From assembly GCF_036365525.1 (NCBI RefSeq), contig NC_090382.1:110580372-110644371 (forward strand): a stretch of DNA of 64,000 nucleotides, written 5' to 3'. The notes beneath the pieces were generated by a model. The model made no database searches, was not told where the DNA came from, and saw only the letters and a program-made list of their open reading frames with translations. The DNA is from Heterodontus francisci (Eukaryota). Below, in pieces: positions 24,755 through 36,994 of the stretch; the stretch's first letter is position 1, and each line of letters starts with the position of its first letter. The position numbers were made by a program, and so were the translations under genes.

Positions 24755-27099
24755 GTGAGTGATGACAGATGTTATCATCCATTGAGTGCAAATAATTGGA
24801 GGAATTCGCTATTGGGAACAAATAAACTTTTAGTTCCATGCTTTAAATGAGGATCAGTTCACGGCAGATATTACGGTTTGTTAAAGAACAGGCACTCGTG
24901 TTGAGGGATAGAAATGTAACTGTTCTTTGCGCATTTATTCAGCAACCCTTCTAACGCCGGGGAAGCTCCCACTGGCACCAATTTAGTGGCGCTAGCTAAA
25001 TGGGAAATCGTTGATTGAATTGTGCGATTATTAGACCACAGAGCGCTGTAAACGGGTTATTGTCACATCTGGAATGATCCATAACCTGTGATTTATCTTT
25101 TTCACAGGTTTCAGGTCTCCATGGTGCGTTGTTCATTCCTTGAACGGGAATTAATGAAGAGATCCTTTCTTACGAAATTTTCCCAGTCTAGTGCAGGATA
25201 TAGCGCTCACAGACTTAAAACATAACAGTGAATTCAAAGTACTCTATCTCTCCTGGCCTGCCGAAAATTATTTCCGCCATGAATAAAAGCTGCGTCTAGA
25301 CTACCTACAGTAAATTAGAATGGCAGGGACACTGGGTCTAAGAAGCCCAGAGCAAATCTGATAAACAGTGTTTAATTAACTGCATCAAAGGGAACAGTCC
25401 TGTACAGAAACCCTTTGAACTGCTTTGATAACTTACAGCAAAAAAAAATGTTTTAAACAGATTGATAAAACAGCTCCGCAATAAAATGATCAGAATTGCT
25501 TAAGATCAGCTTGATAAATGCAAACTATTTTGATCACTGACGTTCAAATAACACCATTACAGCCCTTGAGGTGGCGTGGAATTAGATTTATCTCAACTCT
25601 TTGAACATTTGCAGTTGTGATTTCAGTGCCAGCTAATTAAGATTTGATCTCTCCCCACCCCCACCTGGTTCAAGGTGTACCATACGAACATAACATTATT
25701 TCGGGGTTCATTAGGAGCATCGTATTGTCAGAGTACTGTACATGATTTTCGAAAATAATGAGTTTTTCCCCCCAAAAATGCGATAAAAAAATATTTTGGT
25801 ATTAGAGAGGGTTAACGTACAGCAGGGGAAAACACGGTATTTCTTAACAATTTGCCCAAAGCTAAGGTATAAATCATCCATATGTAGTAACTTTAGAGAA
25901 AGGGCATTTCTGCCAGAGATGCACACGGACTGGTAAAGGGTAAGTCGAAGCAATATGACCGTGCCTTTGATTCATGTCAGATACTGTTTCCTCACTCTCT
26001 GAGTACGCCAGCGGCAGTGTGTAAATCAAAAACTGCCCTTTTCGGCGTAGGAGCTTTTTGCTATTGATTAAAGCACTCTGCCCTTCAACTATTCTCGTTA
26101 TTAAAAGTCTGAAACGGCATCGTTCTCCCTTCTGTTAAATCAAGCGTGTCAGGTTTTTTTTGGCATTTAATTGGAGCTGGACTTTTTTTTAAAGCAGTTA
26201 ATTCTCAGATTGTTGACATTTTCCATCGGCGAAAAAGCCCAACTTATAATAACACGATGTTCTAGATATTCATTGCATATTTTCTGACGATTATACCGTT
26301 GTAGAGCCGGACTACTCTTTGCAACTCAAAGAAATCACCAATCAGGATAACTGAATGCACAGAAAGATAAATCGAGTACTGCGAATGATATTTGTGCGAC
26401 ATGTAAAATGCAATCCCCGTTCCCTCTCTTTCTGTTGGAAAATTTGTCATATTGTGTCTCTCTCCTTTTTAACGCGTTACTTTCACCTAATTTCACTTCA
26501 ACAAAAATCAGCATTTCAATTAACTTCATTACGAGTACACCTGCAGCTGGGAGCCTATTCTTCGACCACGCGATTCTTTGTAGCCCACTGCTCCGTGGGA
26601 AGGAGCTACACTGCAGAGAGACATTGGAACCAGAGCCAAGTAGCATAGTAATTTTGGAACCTGTGATGCACAGCATAAGGCTGTTGCAATTGCACAGTGC
26701 TCTGTTAACGATTTTTTTTTCATTATACAGTACAATCCCACCGTGCCAAAAGCAGTTCAATTGCCTTTTTATGCTGTGCAGTTTTATTACATTTTCAGGT
26801 TTCGGAAATGGAGTTTCTGGGAACAATGATCACAGTTCCTGTGGGTTATAGCGGTGTGTTTAATAATGTTATATTTGATATTTATACATTATTCAAGGGT
26901 AGCTGTCTATATATTTCTGTTATACGGCTATAGATTAATAACTGCAGCGTAGTGCTACAGGCAATGTGTGCCGGTATGACTCCAGGTCAAATGAGTAGAA
27001 ATGTTGGGAGCTGGTTCTTGCACACAATATAGTTTTGATTGTTTGGTATATAATTTTCCTGAACCAACACAGGGGGAGAAAAAGAATATTCTGGCTTTT

Positions 27100-27716
27100 C
27101 ACAGAATCATTACAGCACAGAAAGGTCTATTTAGCCCATCGAATCCATGCTGACTCTCTACAGAGCAATCAAAATCATTTCCATTCCCCACTCTATCTCC
27201 TTAGCCCTGCAAGTTTATTTCCCTCAAGCGCCCATCCAATTTCCTTTTGAAATCATTCATTGTCTGTTTCCACCACCCTTGTAGGCAGCAGGTTCCAGGT
27301 CTCCAGGTCATTACAATTCACTGCCTAACAAAAAGTTCTTCCTCACATCCTCCCTCCATCTCTTGCCCAAAATCTTAAATCTTGTCCCCTAGTCCTTGCA
27401 CTATCAGTTAATGGGTACAGCTTTTCTTTGTCTACCTTATCTAAAACTGTCATAATCTTGTACACTTCTATCAAATCTCCTCTCAGTCTCCTTTTCTCCA
27501 AGGACAACAATGCCAGCTTTTCAACCTAATCTTGCAGCTAAAATACCTCATCCCTAGAACTATTCTGGTAAATCTTACTTGCAATCTCTCAAGCACCTTC
27601 ACATCCTTCCTAAATTGCGGTATCAGTACTGGAGTCAACACTCTAGTTGCGGCCTAACCAGAGCTTTATTAAGGTTCAGCATAACTTCCCTGCCTTTGCA
27701 CTCAATACCTCTATTT
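27100..27716 (-). mobile_element. CR1 3' end (probably the 3' end of the element at 29384-32160)
   Basis: Degenerate CR1 C-terminus and 3' UTR on the minus strand. Confidence 0.7.
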
Positions 27717-28825
27717 CATTTAGGCCAAATTGAAGCCCATGGGAATCAGGGGGAACACTCTCCACTGATTAGAGTTACACCTAGCACAAAGGAAGATGGT
27801 TGTGGTAGCTGGAGGCCAATCATTTCAGCCCCAGGATGATTGTACAATGTTCAATACCATTCGCAACTCCTCAGATACTGAAGCAGTCCATATCCATATG
27901 CAGCAAGACTTGGACAACATTCAGGCTTGGATTGATATGTGGCAAGTAACATTCATGTGACACAAGTGCCAGGCAATGGCCATCTCCAACAAGAAAGATT
28001 TTAACCATCTCCTCTTGACATCAATGGCATTACCACCGCTGAATCCCCCACTATCAACATCCTTGGGGTCACCATTGACCAGAAACTGAACTGGACCAGC
28101 CACATAAATGCTGTGGCTACAAGAACAGGTCAGATGCTGGGAATTCTGTGGTAAGTAACTCACGTCCTGACTCCCCAAAGCCTGCCCACCATCTACAAGG
28201 CCCAAGTCAGGAGTGTGATGGAATACTCTCCACTTACCTGGATGAGTCTAGTTCCAACAAAACTCAGAAAGCTCACCACCATCCGGGACAAAGCAGCCGG
28301 CTTGATCAGCACACCATTCACCACCTTAAGCATTACTCTCTGCACCACTGGTGCATAGTGGCAGCAGTGTGTACCATATACAAGATTAACTGCAGCAACG
28401 GACCATGGCTCCTTCGAGAGCACCTTCCAAACCTGTGAACTCTTCAATCTAGAAGGGCAATGGCAGCAGACATGTGGGAACAACACCATCTGCAAGTTCC
28501 TCTCCAGGCCACACACCATCCTGACTTGGAACTATATTGCTGTTCCTTCACTGTCACTGGATAAAAATCCTGGAACTCACTCCCTAACACCACTGTGGGT
28601 GTACCTACACCAGATGGACTGTAGTGGTTCAAGAAGGCAGCTCACCACCACCTTCTCAAGGACAATGAGGGATGGATAGACATATGGATGAAAATGGAAT
28701 AGTGTAGGTCAGATGGTTTCACAGGTCGGCGTAACATCGAGGGCTGAAGGGCCTGTACTGCGCTGTAATGTTCTAATTCTAATTCTAATTCTAATTAGGG
28801 ATGGGCAACAGATGCCCGCATTCAT
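27717..28825 (+). mobile_element. Second CR1-type family 3' part, with a small CR1 tail insert at ~28675-28795
   Basis: Frameshifted RT (QQDLDNIQAW..KCQAM, IYKAQVRSVMEYSPL); (TTCTAA)n-tailed insert flanked by aat[g/t]agggatgg. Confidence 0.75.
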
Positions 28826-28829
28826 CCAC

Positions 28830-29383
28830 TGTAGTATGTAACCCTCCTCATGCCTTTTCCATTTATCTCTCTCTCTTGCTGTTCTTGCCCATATGGTTCC
28901 TAGGTATGATATTATGTCATCTCTCCATCTTCCTCTCGGTCTCCCCCTTCTTCATCCTGTTCTTGGCTGCCACTTCATTAACCTTTTTGTCCATCTGTTA
29001 TACTTTCTTTGAGCAACATGCCCAATCCTTCTCCATTTGGTTTCTTTTATCTTCTGAATGATAACTTTAACTCCGGTATTCTGGCGCACTTCATTTCACC
29101 TGATTTTATCATAAATGGAGATGTGTAACATTTGCCTTTCCATTGTTCTCTGAGCTGTACACAGTTTCTGTTCTCTATATTTTGTAGTTGTAGATGATTC
29201 CGCTCCATATGTCATGGTCGGTAGCACACACTGATCTTACACCCTCCTCCTTAATGCCAATGGTATTTTCTTATCACACAGAGTATCTCTGTATCTTCCA
29301 AAACAACTCCATCCTGCCCTAATCCTAGTTAGTATCTCTTCATTTGTACAATCCTCCAATGTTTGGCCCAGATATTTGTATCT
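28830..29383 (-). mobile_element. RTE-clade LINE fragment (non-BovB type)
   Basis: Minus strand YKYLGQTL..EEILTRIRAGWSCFGRY..IPLALRRRV*DQCVLPTMTYGAES..AQRTMERQML..KWRRIGHVAQ..GRPRGRWRDD. Confidence 0.8.
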
Positions 29384-32160
29384 GGTCACTTTGCCAAAAT
29401 TCATCATTTCACACTTCTCTGTACAGAATTCCATCTGCCACTTGTTTGCCGATTCTGCTAGTCTATCTATGTCCTTATGCACTCGTTTGGTATCATCCTC
29501 ACTGTCTGCCCCACCTACAAGTTTAGTATCATTGGCAAATTTTGAAATTTTATTCTGTATTCCAATATCCAAGTCATATATATATATATCAGAAAAAGCA
29601 ATGGTCCTAGCACTGAACCTTGGGGAACACCACTGTCTACCATCCTCCACTCTGAAAAACAACCATTTACCTCTGCTTTGTATCCTTATGCCAATTTTTC
29701 CATCAAACCGACTCTGACCCTCCTATTCCATGAGCCTCAATTTTGCCAACCAGCCTTTTATATGATACTTTGACAAATGCTTTCTTAAAATCCATATAGA
29801 CAACATCCATTGCTTTCCCTGATCAGCCTTCTCTGTCGCTTCATCAAAAAATTCAATCAGATTATCTGTCTTTTACAAATCCATGCTGGCTATCCTTAAT
29901 TAACTTGAACATTTACAATTGCCTGTTGGATTTTTTCCTCAGATTATTGTTTCTAAAGCGTTGCACACCACAGACATTAAACTGACCAACCTGTAGTTAC
30001 TAGGAATGTCCTTACATCCTTTCTTGAATAAGGGTGTCACATTTTCCACTCTCCAATCCTCTGGTACCTCCCCCCTATCTAGGGAAGATTGGAAGGTTGT
30101 GGCAAGCCCTTTTGCTATATCCACTCCTACTTCTTTTAGCAACCTGAGATGCAAGCCATCTGGACCAAGTGACTTATTCACTTTAAACGTTGTCAGTCTC
30201 TCCAGTACATCTTTCCTATCAATTTTCACCTCATCCATTACCTCTAACATTTCCACTTCTACCGATATTTTGTCAGCATCCTCTTCCTGAGTAAACACCG
30301 ATACAAAGTACTCATTTAGATTTCTATCCTTGTTCTGTACCTCTAAACATATATCACCTTTTATGTCCCTAATAGACTCCGCCCCACCTCTTACTATCCG
30401 CTTACTATTTACAGGCCAGTAGAAGATTTTTGGGTACCCTTTTATGCTGACTATTATTCTATTCTTGTATTCTCTTTTTGCCAGTCTTATTTTCCTATTC
30501 ACTTTTTCTCTCAATTTATTGTATTGTCACCTGGTTCTCGCTTGAAGAATTCACCTGACATGCATTTTACACCATTTTTTTCATCATATGCTATTTCTCC
30601 CTCAAGGAGGGAGTCATGCAAGGAGCCCTGGCTTTGGTTCCCTTACCTTCACCATTGTTGGAACGTACCGAGCATGTACCTGACAAATCTCCTCCTTAAA
30701 TATCACCCACTGTTCCTTTACAGTTTTTCCTGTCAATCTTTGGTTCCATTTTACACTGGCTAGACCCCCTCTCCAGTTCTTGTAGATTTGCTCCTCCATC
30801 TCTCTCTCACCATTTTGAGGCCTATAGAATACCCCCAGTAGTGTGATCATACCCCTTTTGCTTCTCAATTCTAACCAAATGGATTCTGTTTTTGCCCCTG
30901 AAGGACATGCTGTCTTTCCAACACTACAATGCCTTCACTCTATATCTTTCACTATCTCTTCTGAACACTTGCATCCTTGAATATTAAGTACCCAGTCCTC
31001 ACAATATTTAAGCCACGTTTCTGTTATTGCCACTACATCATATTCGCACACAACTATTAGCGCTTGTAGCTCACCAACATTATTCACCACACTTTGTATG
31101 GTTAAGTGTTCTAAACCTGTCTTTGTATTCCTTGTAATCCTTTTTAGTTTGTTCCTATCTGATATGGCACTAATTTCTTCTCCAGACTACACTCTCACTC
31201 CTTTATGCACCTTATTCCACTTTTCTACTTCTATATGCTGGTTCCCATCCCCCTGCCAGTTTAATTTAAACCCCCTCCAACCAAACTAGTGCACCTCCCT
31301 GCAAGGACGTTGGTTCCAGTCCTTTTGAGATGCAACCCATCCCTTTTGAATAGGGGCCTCCTGCCCCAGAACTGGTCCCAACATCTCAAGAATTTGAAGC
31401 ACTCCCTCCTGCACCATGCCACAAGCCACGCATTGATCCTCCCTATCTTCCTATTTCTACTCTCACTAGTGTGTGGCACTGGGAGTAATCCAGAGATTAC
31501 AGCCTTTGAGGTTCTACATTTTAATTTCCTCCCTAGCTCCTAGAAATCTGACTGTAGGGCCTCAATACCTGTTCTCTCTATGTCGTAGGTATCAATGTGT
31601 ACCATAACTTCTGGCATATTCCCTTTCCCCTGCAGAATATCCTGCATCTTCTCCATGTTGTGCTTTATCCTGGCAGCAGGGACGCAACATATCATATGGG
31701 ACTCATGATGACAGCTGCAGAAATGCCTGTCAGTCCCCCTATGGAATCGCCTATGTCGACTGAATTCCGACTCTCTGCTGTTCTCTCCTGTGTAGTCTCT
31801 TGCCCATTAGTGCCATGGTCTGACCTACATTCCTTCAAGGTTTTGTCACTCCCAACAGTCTCCAAAGCTGATTACCGGGTTGAGAGTGGCACACACCCCG
31901 AAAACAGCTGCACCTCTTGCCTCTTCCTACTCTTCCGGATGGCCATCCATCTACTATCCTGAACTCTCACTGCCTGTGGGGCGACCACCTCCTGGAATGT
32001 ACGATCAAGAAAACTCGCACCCTCACTGATGCGCTGCAATGACTCCAGAAATTCTGAGCTTGAGCTCAAGCAGCTAGAGACACTTGCTACACAATTGATC
32101 CCCGAAGACACATGAGGTGTCCTGAAGTTCTCACATGGCACAGGAATTGCATGCAACAGA
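29384..32160 (-). mobile_element. CR1 LINE retaining ORF1 (SGNH esterase) and EN/RT remnants
   Basis: ORF 31261..31479 INAWLVAWCRRECFKFL..WDQFWGR..KRDGLHL; EN motif LLGVFYRP; ORF 29939..30514. Confidence 0.85.
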
Positions 32161-32204
32161 TCTCAGCTGTCAATCCATGGTCTAAGAAAAAATTCTCTAT
32201 TTCA

Positions 32205-34520
32205 CAAAAGAGAGGGATGATACAAACTTTGCAATCAGGGAGGAGAAGTGAATTATTCGATGAAATTGACAAAATGAGAGGAAGTATGAAGGGGTTTAAC
32301 ATCTTTGAAAGAGAATAAATCCCCAGGCCCGGATGCAAAATATCCCAGGCTGTTAAGGGAAGCATGAGAAGAAATAGCGAAGGCTGTAACTATCGTTTTC
32401 CAATCCTCTCTGGCTACACGTGTGGTGCCAGAGGACTGGAGGACAGCTCACGTTGTACCACTGTTTAAAAAAGGAGAAAGGGATAGACCAAGTAATTACA
32501 GGCTAGTCAGCCGAACCTCGTGATGGGAAAATTAGTGGAATAAATTCTGAGGGACAGGAAAAATCTTGATTTAGAATGACAAGGATTAATCAAAGACAGT
32601 ACGGATTTGTTAAGGGAAGGTTGTGTCTGACTAAAGTGATTGACATTTTGAGGAGGTAACAAGGATAGTCAATGAGGGTAGTGCATTTAATGTATGTTTT
32701 TTAGCGAGGCTTTTGATAAAGTCCCGCATGGCAGACTGGTCATGAAAGTAAAAGCCCATTGGATCCAAGGCAAAGTGGCAAGTTGTATCCAAAATTGTTT
32801 CAGAGGCAGGAAGCAAAGAGTAATGGTCGATGGCTGTTTTTGTGTCTGACTATAAGGCTGTTTCCAGCGGGGTTCCGCAGGGCTCAGTACTAGGTCCTTG
32901 CTTTTTGTAGTGTAAATCAATGATTTCGATTTAAATGTAGGGGGTGTGATTAAGAAGTTTGCAGATGATACAAAACATATCCATGTGGTTGATAATGAAG
33001 AAGAAAGCTGTAGACTGCAGGAAGATATCAATGGACTGATCAGGGGGGCAGAACAGTGGCAAATGGAGTTCAATCCAGAGAAACATGAGGTAATGCATTT
33101 GGGGAAAGCTAACAAGAGAGTACAAAAATAATGATTGGATACTGAAAAGTGTAAAGGTCCTTCGAGTGCATGTCCTCAGATCCCTGAAAGTGGCTTGACA
33201 GATAGATAAGGTGGTCAAGAAGGCATATGTGATACTTGCTTTTATTAAGACTTGGAAGGTTATGCTGGAACTGTATTAAACTCTAGTTCAGCCACAGCTG
33301 GATTAATGTGTGCATTTCTGGTCTCCGCACTATAGGAAAGATGTGGGCCAGAATTTTACGTTGGGCGGGAGGCCCCGTTAACCAGCCAAAAAGTTGGGGG
33401 CGAGCCCGCCTCTGCTGGGCCTGGGGAGCCACGCTGGGATTTCTTGCTCCCCAGGCCCTTAATTGGTCTTGGGTAGGACTTCCACCTCCTTGAGGCAGTC
33501 AGCAGACTGGTAGCTCTTAGTAACAGCAGGGCCACCGGGAACGGTGGTCACTTCTGGGACTATATTCAACTTCAGCAGGAAGAGGAAAGACAGCCCTGGA
33601 ACTCAAATAAGGTTCTGGGTCCTCGTCGGGGACAATTGGCCGGGCCTTGGTGAAGCAAGGGGGGTTGTTTGTGTGGGTGGAGTGTTGTGCCTTGGGAGGC
33701 GGTTGGGGCATCAGGGGCAGTCCTCCATGGGGCACAGGGTGCTCGATCAGGTGCCCCCACCTCAGCCTGCAAGAAGGCAGCATGGTTTTACCAGGCAGGG
33801 TTCTTGGGGCCTTTGCCGTCTGGCCACCATGGGTAAAATGCCAGCGGAGGCGGGAGGAAGCCCTTTAATGGCGGTTAATTGGCCACTTAAGGGCCTTGAT
33901 TGGCTTGGGGCAGGCAGGCCGTTTCTCACTGCCGCCGCCCTGCGTAAAATTGCAGCAGTGGCGGTGAGAAACAGCCCGCCTGCCCCAGGCCACAAGCCCG
34001 CTCGTTGGGAGGCCATAAAATTCCGGCCATGATTGCACTAGAGAGGGTACAGAGGAGATTTACGAGAATGTTGCCTGGACTGGAGAATTTTAGTAATGAC
34101 GACAGATTAGATAGGCTTCTTTGGAACAGAGAAGCCTGAGGGAAGATCTAATTGAAGTGTATAAAATTACAAGGGGTCTAGATAGAGTGGATAGGAAGCC
34201 CCTTGTTTGAAAGGCCCATAAACAGGAGCATAGATTTAAGGTAAAAGGTAGAATGTTTACAGGAGATTTGAGGGGAATTTATTTTCACCCAGAGTGTGGT
34301 GGGTATCTGGAGCTCACTGCCTGAAAGGGTGATAGAGGCAGAAATGCTCCTAACATTTAAAGAGTACTTGGATATGCACAGACAGCCTTGAAGGCTACAG
34401 ACCAAGAGCGGGAAAGTGGGATTAGGCTGGATGGCTTCTTGTCAGCTGGTGTGGACATGATAGATCAAATGGATGTGCTGTAAATTTCTATGATTTAATG
34501 ATTCTAATTTCTATAATTCT
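32205..34520 (+). mobile_element. Degenerate CR1 LINE, interrupted by a MITE
   Basis: Colinear RT motifs (PEDWRTA, KFADDTK, WQMEFN) and an (ATTCTA)-like tail. Confidence 0.85.
33346..34028. mobile_element. Harbinger/PIF-type MITE
   Basis: TIRs ggccagaatttta / taaaattccggcc, matching 53228-56885; the host CR1 continues on both sides; 3-bp flanks gtg/atg. Confidence 0.8.
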
Positions 34521-34923
34521 AATACTCTTATTGTACAGTCACCCCAATTGAAATTTTATTAATTAGTATAACTAGTTAAACAATAAATTTAATACAGTAC
34601 TTTATAATTTCCTGGTCCTAGTATAAACCACCGCCCTAGTTTATTTTAAAACCTAATATTCACCAACCAATCACAACCTGCTGTCCTCTGACATCACTTC
34701 TTTTGCTTTTTTTGGAAATACACCAACCAGGTTCGTGTCATTTCCATGCTCCCTCTCTCTCTCTTTTATTCCCCGCCACTGCTGCTGGTGTCTCTGATAG
34801 GATCCGCCCTGTTCCTTTCTCCTGCTCTTTCAGGTGTATATCCAATTCTCTTTTGAAAGTGGCTATTGAATCTGCTTCCACTACCCTTTCAGGCAGTGCA
34901 TTGCACATCACAAGAACATGCTT

Positions 34924-35300
34924 GGCGGCACAGTGGCACAGCAGGGAGGCACAGTGGCGCAGTGCTTAGCACCACAGCCTCACAGCTCCAGTGATCTGTG
35001 TTTGGTTCTGGGTACTGCCTGTGCAGAGTTTGTAAGTTCTCCCTGTGACTGTGTAGGTTTCCTCTGGGTGCTCTGGTTTCCTCCCACATGCTAAAGACTT
35101 GCAGGTTGATAGGTAAATTGGCCATTGTAAAAAAATTACCCCTAGTGTAGGTAGGTGGTAAGAGAATTGAGGGAAGGTGGGGATGTGAGACGGAAAAATG
35201 GGATTAATGGAGGATTGGTATAAATGGGTGGTTGATGGTCAGCATGGACTTGGTGGGCTGAAGGGCCTGTTTCAGTGCTGTATCTCTCTATGACTCTATG
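34924..35300 (+). mobile_element. V-SINE (HE1-like), full length
   Basis: tRNA-like head, V domain ctctggtttcctcccaca, CR1-like 3' end gggcctgtttcagtgctgtat. Confidence 0.9.
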
Positions 35301-35429
35301 CTGTGTAAACAAAATCCTTTTAAATTTATACCATTCTTTATAGTGACTGGCAGAATTATGTTATTAGTCAGTAGAAGAGGGCAAACTTAGTCTCCAATGA
35401 GCCATCCTTGCAGTCTGTCTTCACCTTGG

Positions 35430-36989
35430 GTATCAGCCATGGCTCTTTATTGGCACTCTTGCCTCTGAGACAGCAGGTTTCAGTGCAAGCCCCCCTCCAG
35501 CGAATTAGGGCTGGATTTTATTCAATGACGGGTTTCTGACAGAGGGCCAGAAGGTGGGGAGGGGCGGGGGTACGTGGGGACGGGGTGTTGGGTGACTCCA
35601 CCTCGGCCCTCCTTTGGACCCCCAGTGCTAATTAACAGCGGGCAGGCAATTAACTGCCTGCCGTTGGAGACGCCATCCCTTTAAGGGACTAGCTCCCACC
35701 TCCAAAGCTGCTGGCCAATTGGGAGGCTGACAACTCTGCAGTACTGGCAGCACCACCGGAAGCTGTGGCCACTGCCAGTACTGGAGGTGGCCCTCCAGAG
35801 TAGAAGAGGGATGAAGACCCTGGGAGAGGTAAGTGGGGCCGGGGTTGGGATCACTGGAGCCATTCAGGCATGAGGTGGGGCGGGGGTTGGTGAGGGTGGG
35901 GTGGTTCTTTCCGGGGAGGGGGGACAGCTATTGCCACTGCGGGGGGGGGGGGCACCGTTGACCCTCAATTGCCCCCCAAGAAGGGACCCCCCCGGCTCTG
36001 CTAGGAGCCACCAGGTAAAACCTGACAGCATCTCAACATACTGGCAGGCCCCTCCGCCTTCCATTAAATTGAGGTGGAGGCAAGAAGAGGTCCTTAAGGA
36101 CCTCAATTGGCCTGTGGTGGGAAGGCCATCCTTGGCCTTCCAGCTCCGCACTAAATTCGAAGGCATTGGGAAAGGGATGGGCACTCCACACCCCCCTGCC
36201 TTCCGGTGGAGCTGCTGGTAATGCAGAGCTGCTGGCTTTCTGATTAGCCGGCAGCTCTGGAGGCGAGAGCTTGTCCCTTAACGTGTCCCCAACGGCAGGC
36301 AGTTAATTGCCTGCCTGCCGTTAAACTGCACAGGGGTTCTGATGGAGAGCCAAGGTGGGGTCTTCCCCTGCCTTCTGGCCCGCTGCTGGAAACTCTGTTG
36401 CTGGAATAAAATCCAGTCCAAAGTATCTGGAGTGGGGCTTGAACTAAAAACCTCAGAGGCAAGAGTGCCATTATGGAGCATGGCAGGCCCTCAAGGTGAA
36501 GACAGACTGCAAGGATGGCACTCCACCCCCACCCCCCAATTCTATGGGCCCCTCTGCCTCTGTTTCCTTGAGGCCCCATAAAATTCAGTCCTTGAGCACC
36601 TAATGTAGGCTGGCACTCAGTACAGTACTGAAGGAGGGCTGCACATTTGGTGGTGTCATCTTTTATATGAGATGTTAAACTAAGGCCCCATCTTTCCTCT
36701 CAGGTGGTCCCAAAATATTCAAAGGCATTGGGAAAGGGATGGGCACTCCACGTTGCAGTTTTTCCCAGTGTCCTGGCCAATATTTATCCCTCAACCAATG
36801 TTACTAAAATAAATGATCTGGCCATTATCTCCTTGCTGTCTGTGGACATTGCTGTCATTACATTGGCTGCCGATTTCTTACATTACAGCTCTTATGTTTC
36901 AAAAAGTATTTAATTGTCTGGAAAGCACTTTGAGATATCCTGAAGTCATGAAAGGAGCTGTATAAATGCAACTGCTTTCTCTTTCTTTC
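35430..36989 (+). mobile_element. Deu-SINE split by a MITE (head 35430-35507, body 36592-36989)
   Basis: Head tcagccatggctc..gcactcttgcctctgag resumes as ttgagcacc..; tail tataaatgca..ctttctttc. Confidence 0.75.
35508..36591. mobile_element. Harbinger-type MITE with an internal inverted duplication
   Basis: TIRs gggctggatttta / taaaattcagtcc; 3-bp flanks tta/ttg. Confidence 0.75.
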
Positions 36990-36994
36990 ATGTG

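Noticed and set aside
22211-24850. ORF track call of an 879-aa single-exon protein from a GTG start
   Set aside because: Eukaryotic locus: the ATG at 22232 gives the signal peptide and a consensus donor at 24754 ends the exon
24938-24958. REST/NRSE-like site TTCAGCAACC...CGCC (also weak exonic matches near 23345)
   Set aside because: The GGACAG half-site is missing or too degenerate
26335-26851. Overlapping 147-163 aa ORFs on both strands in the intron
   Set aside because: No recognisable domain or splice context; compatible with chance ORFs
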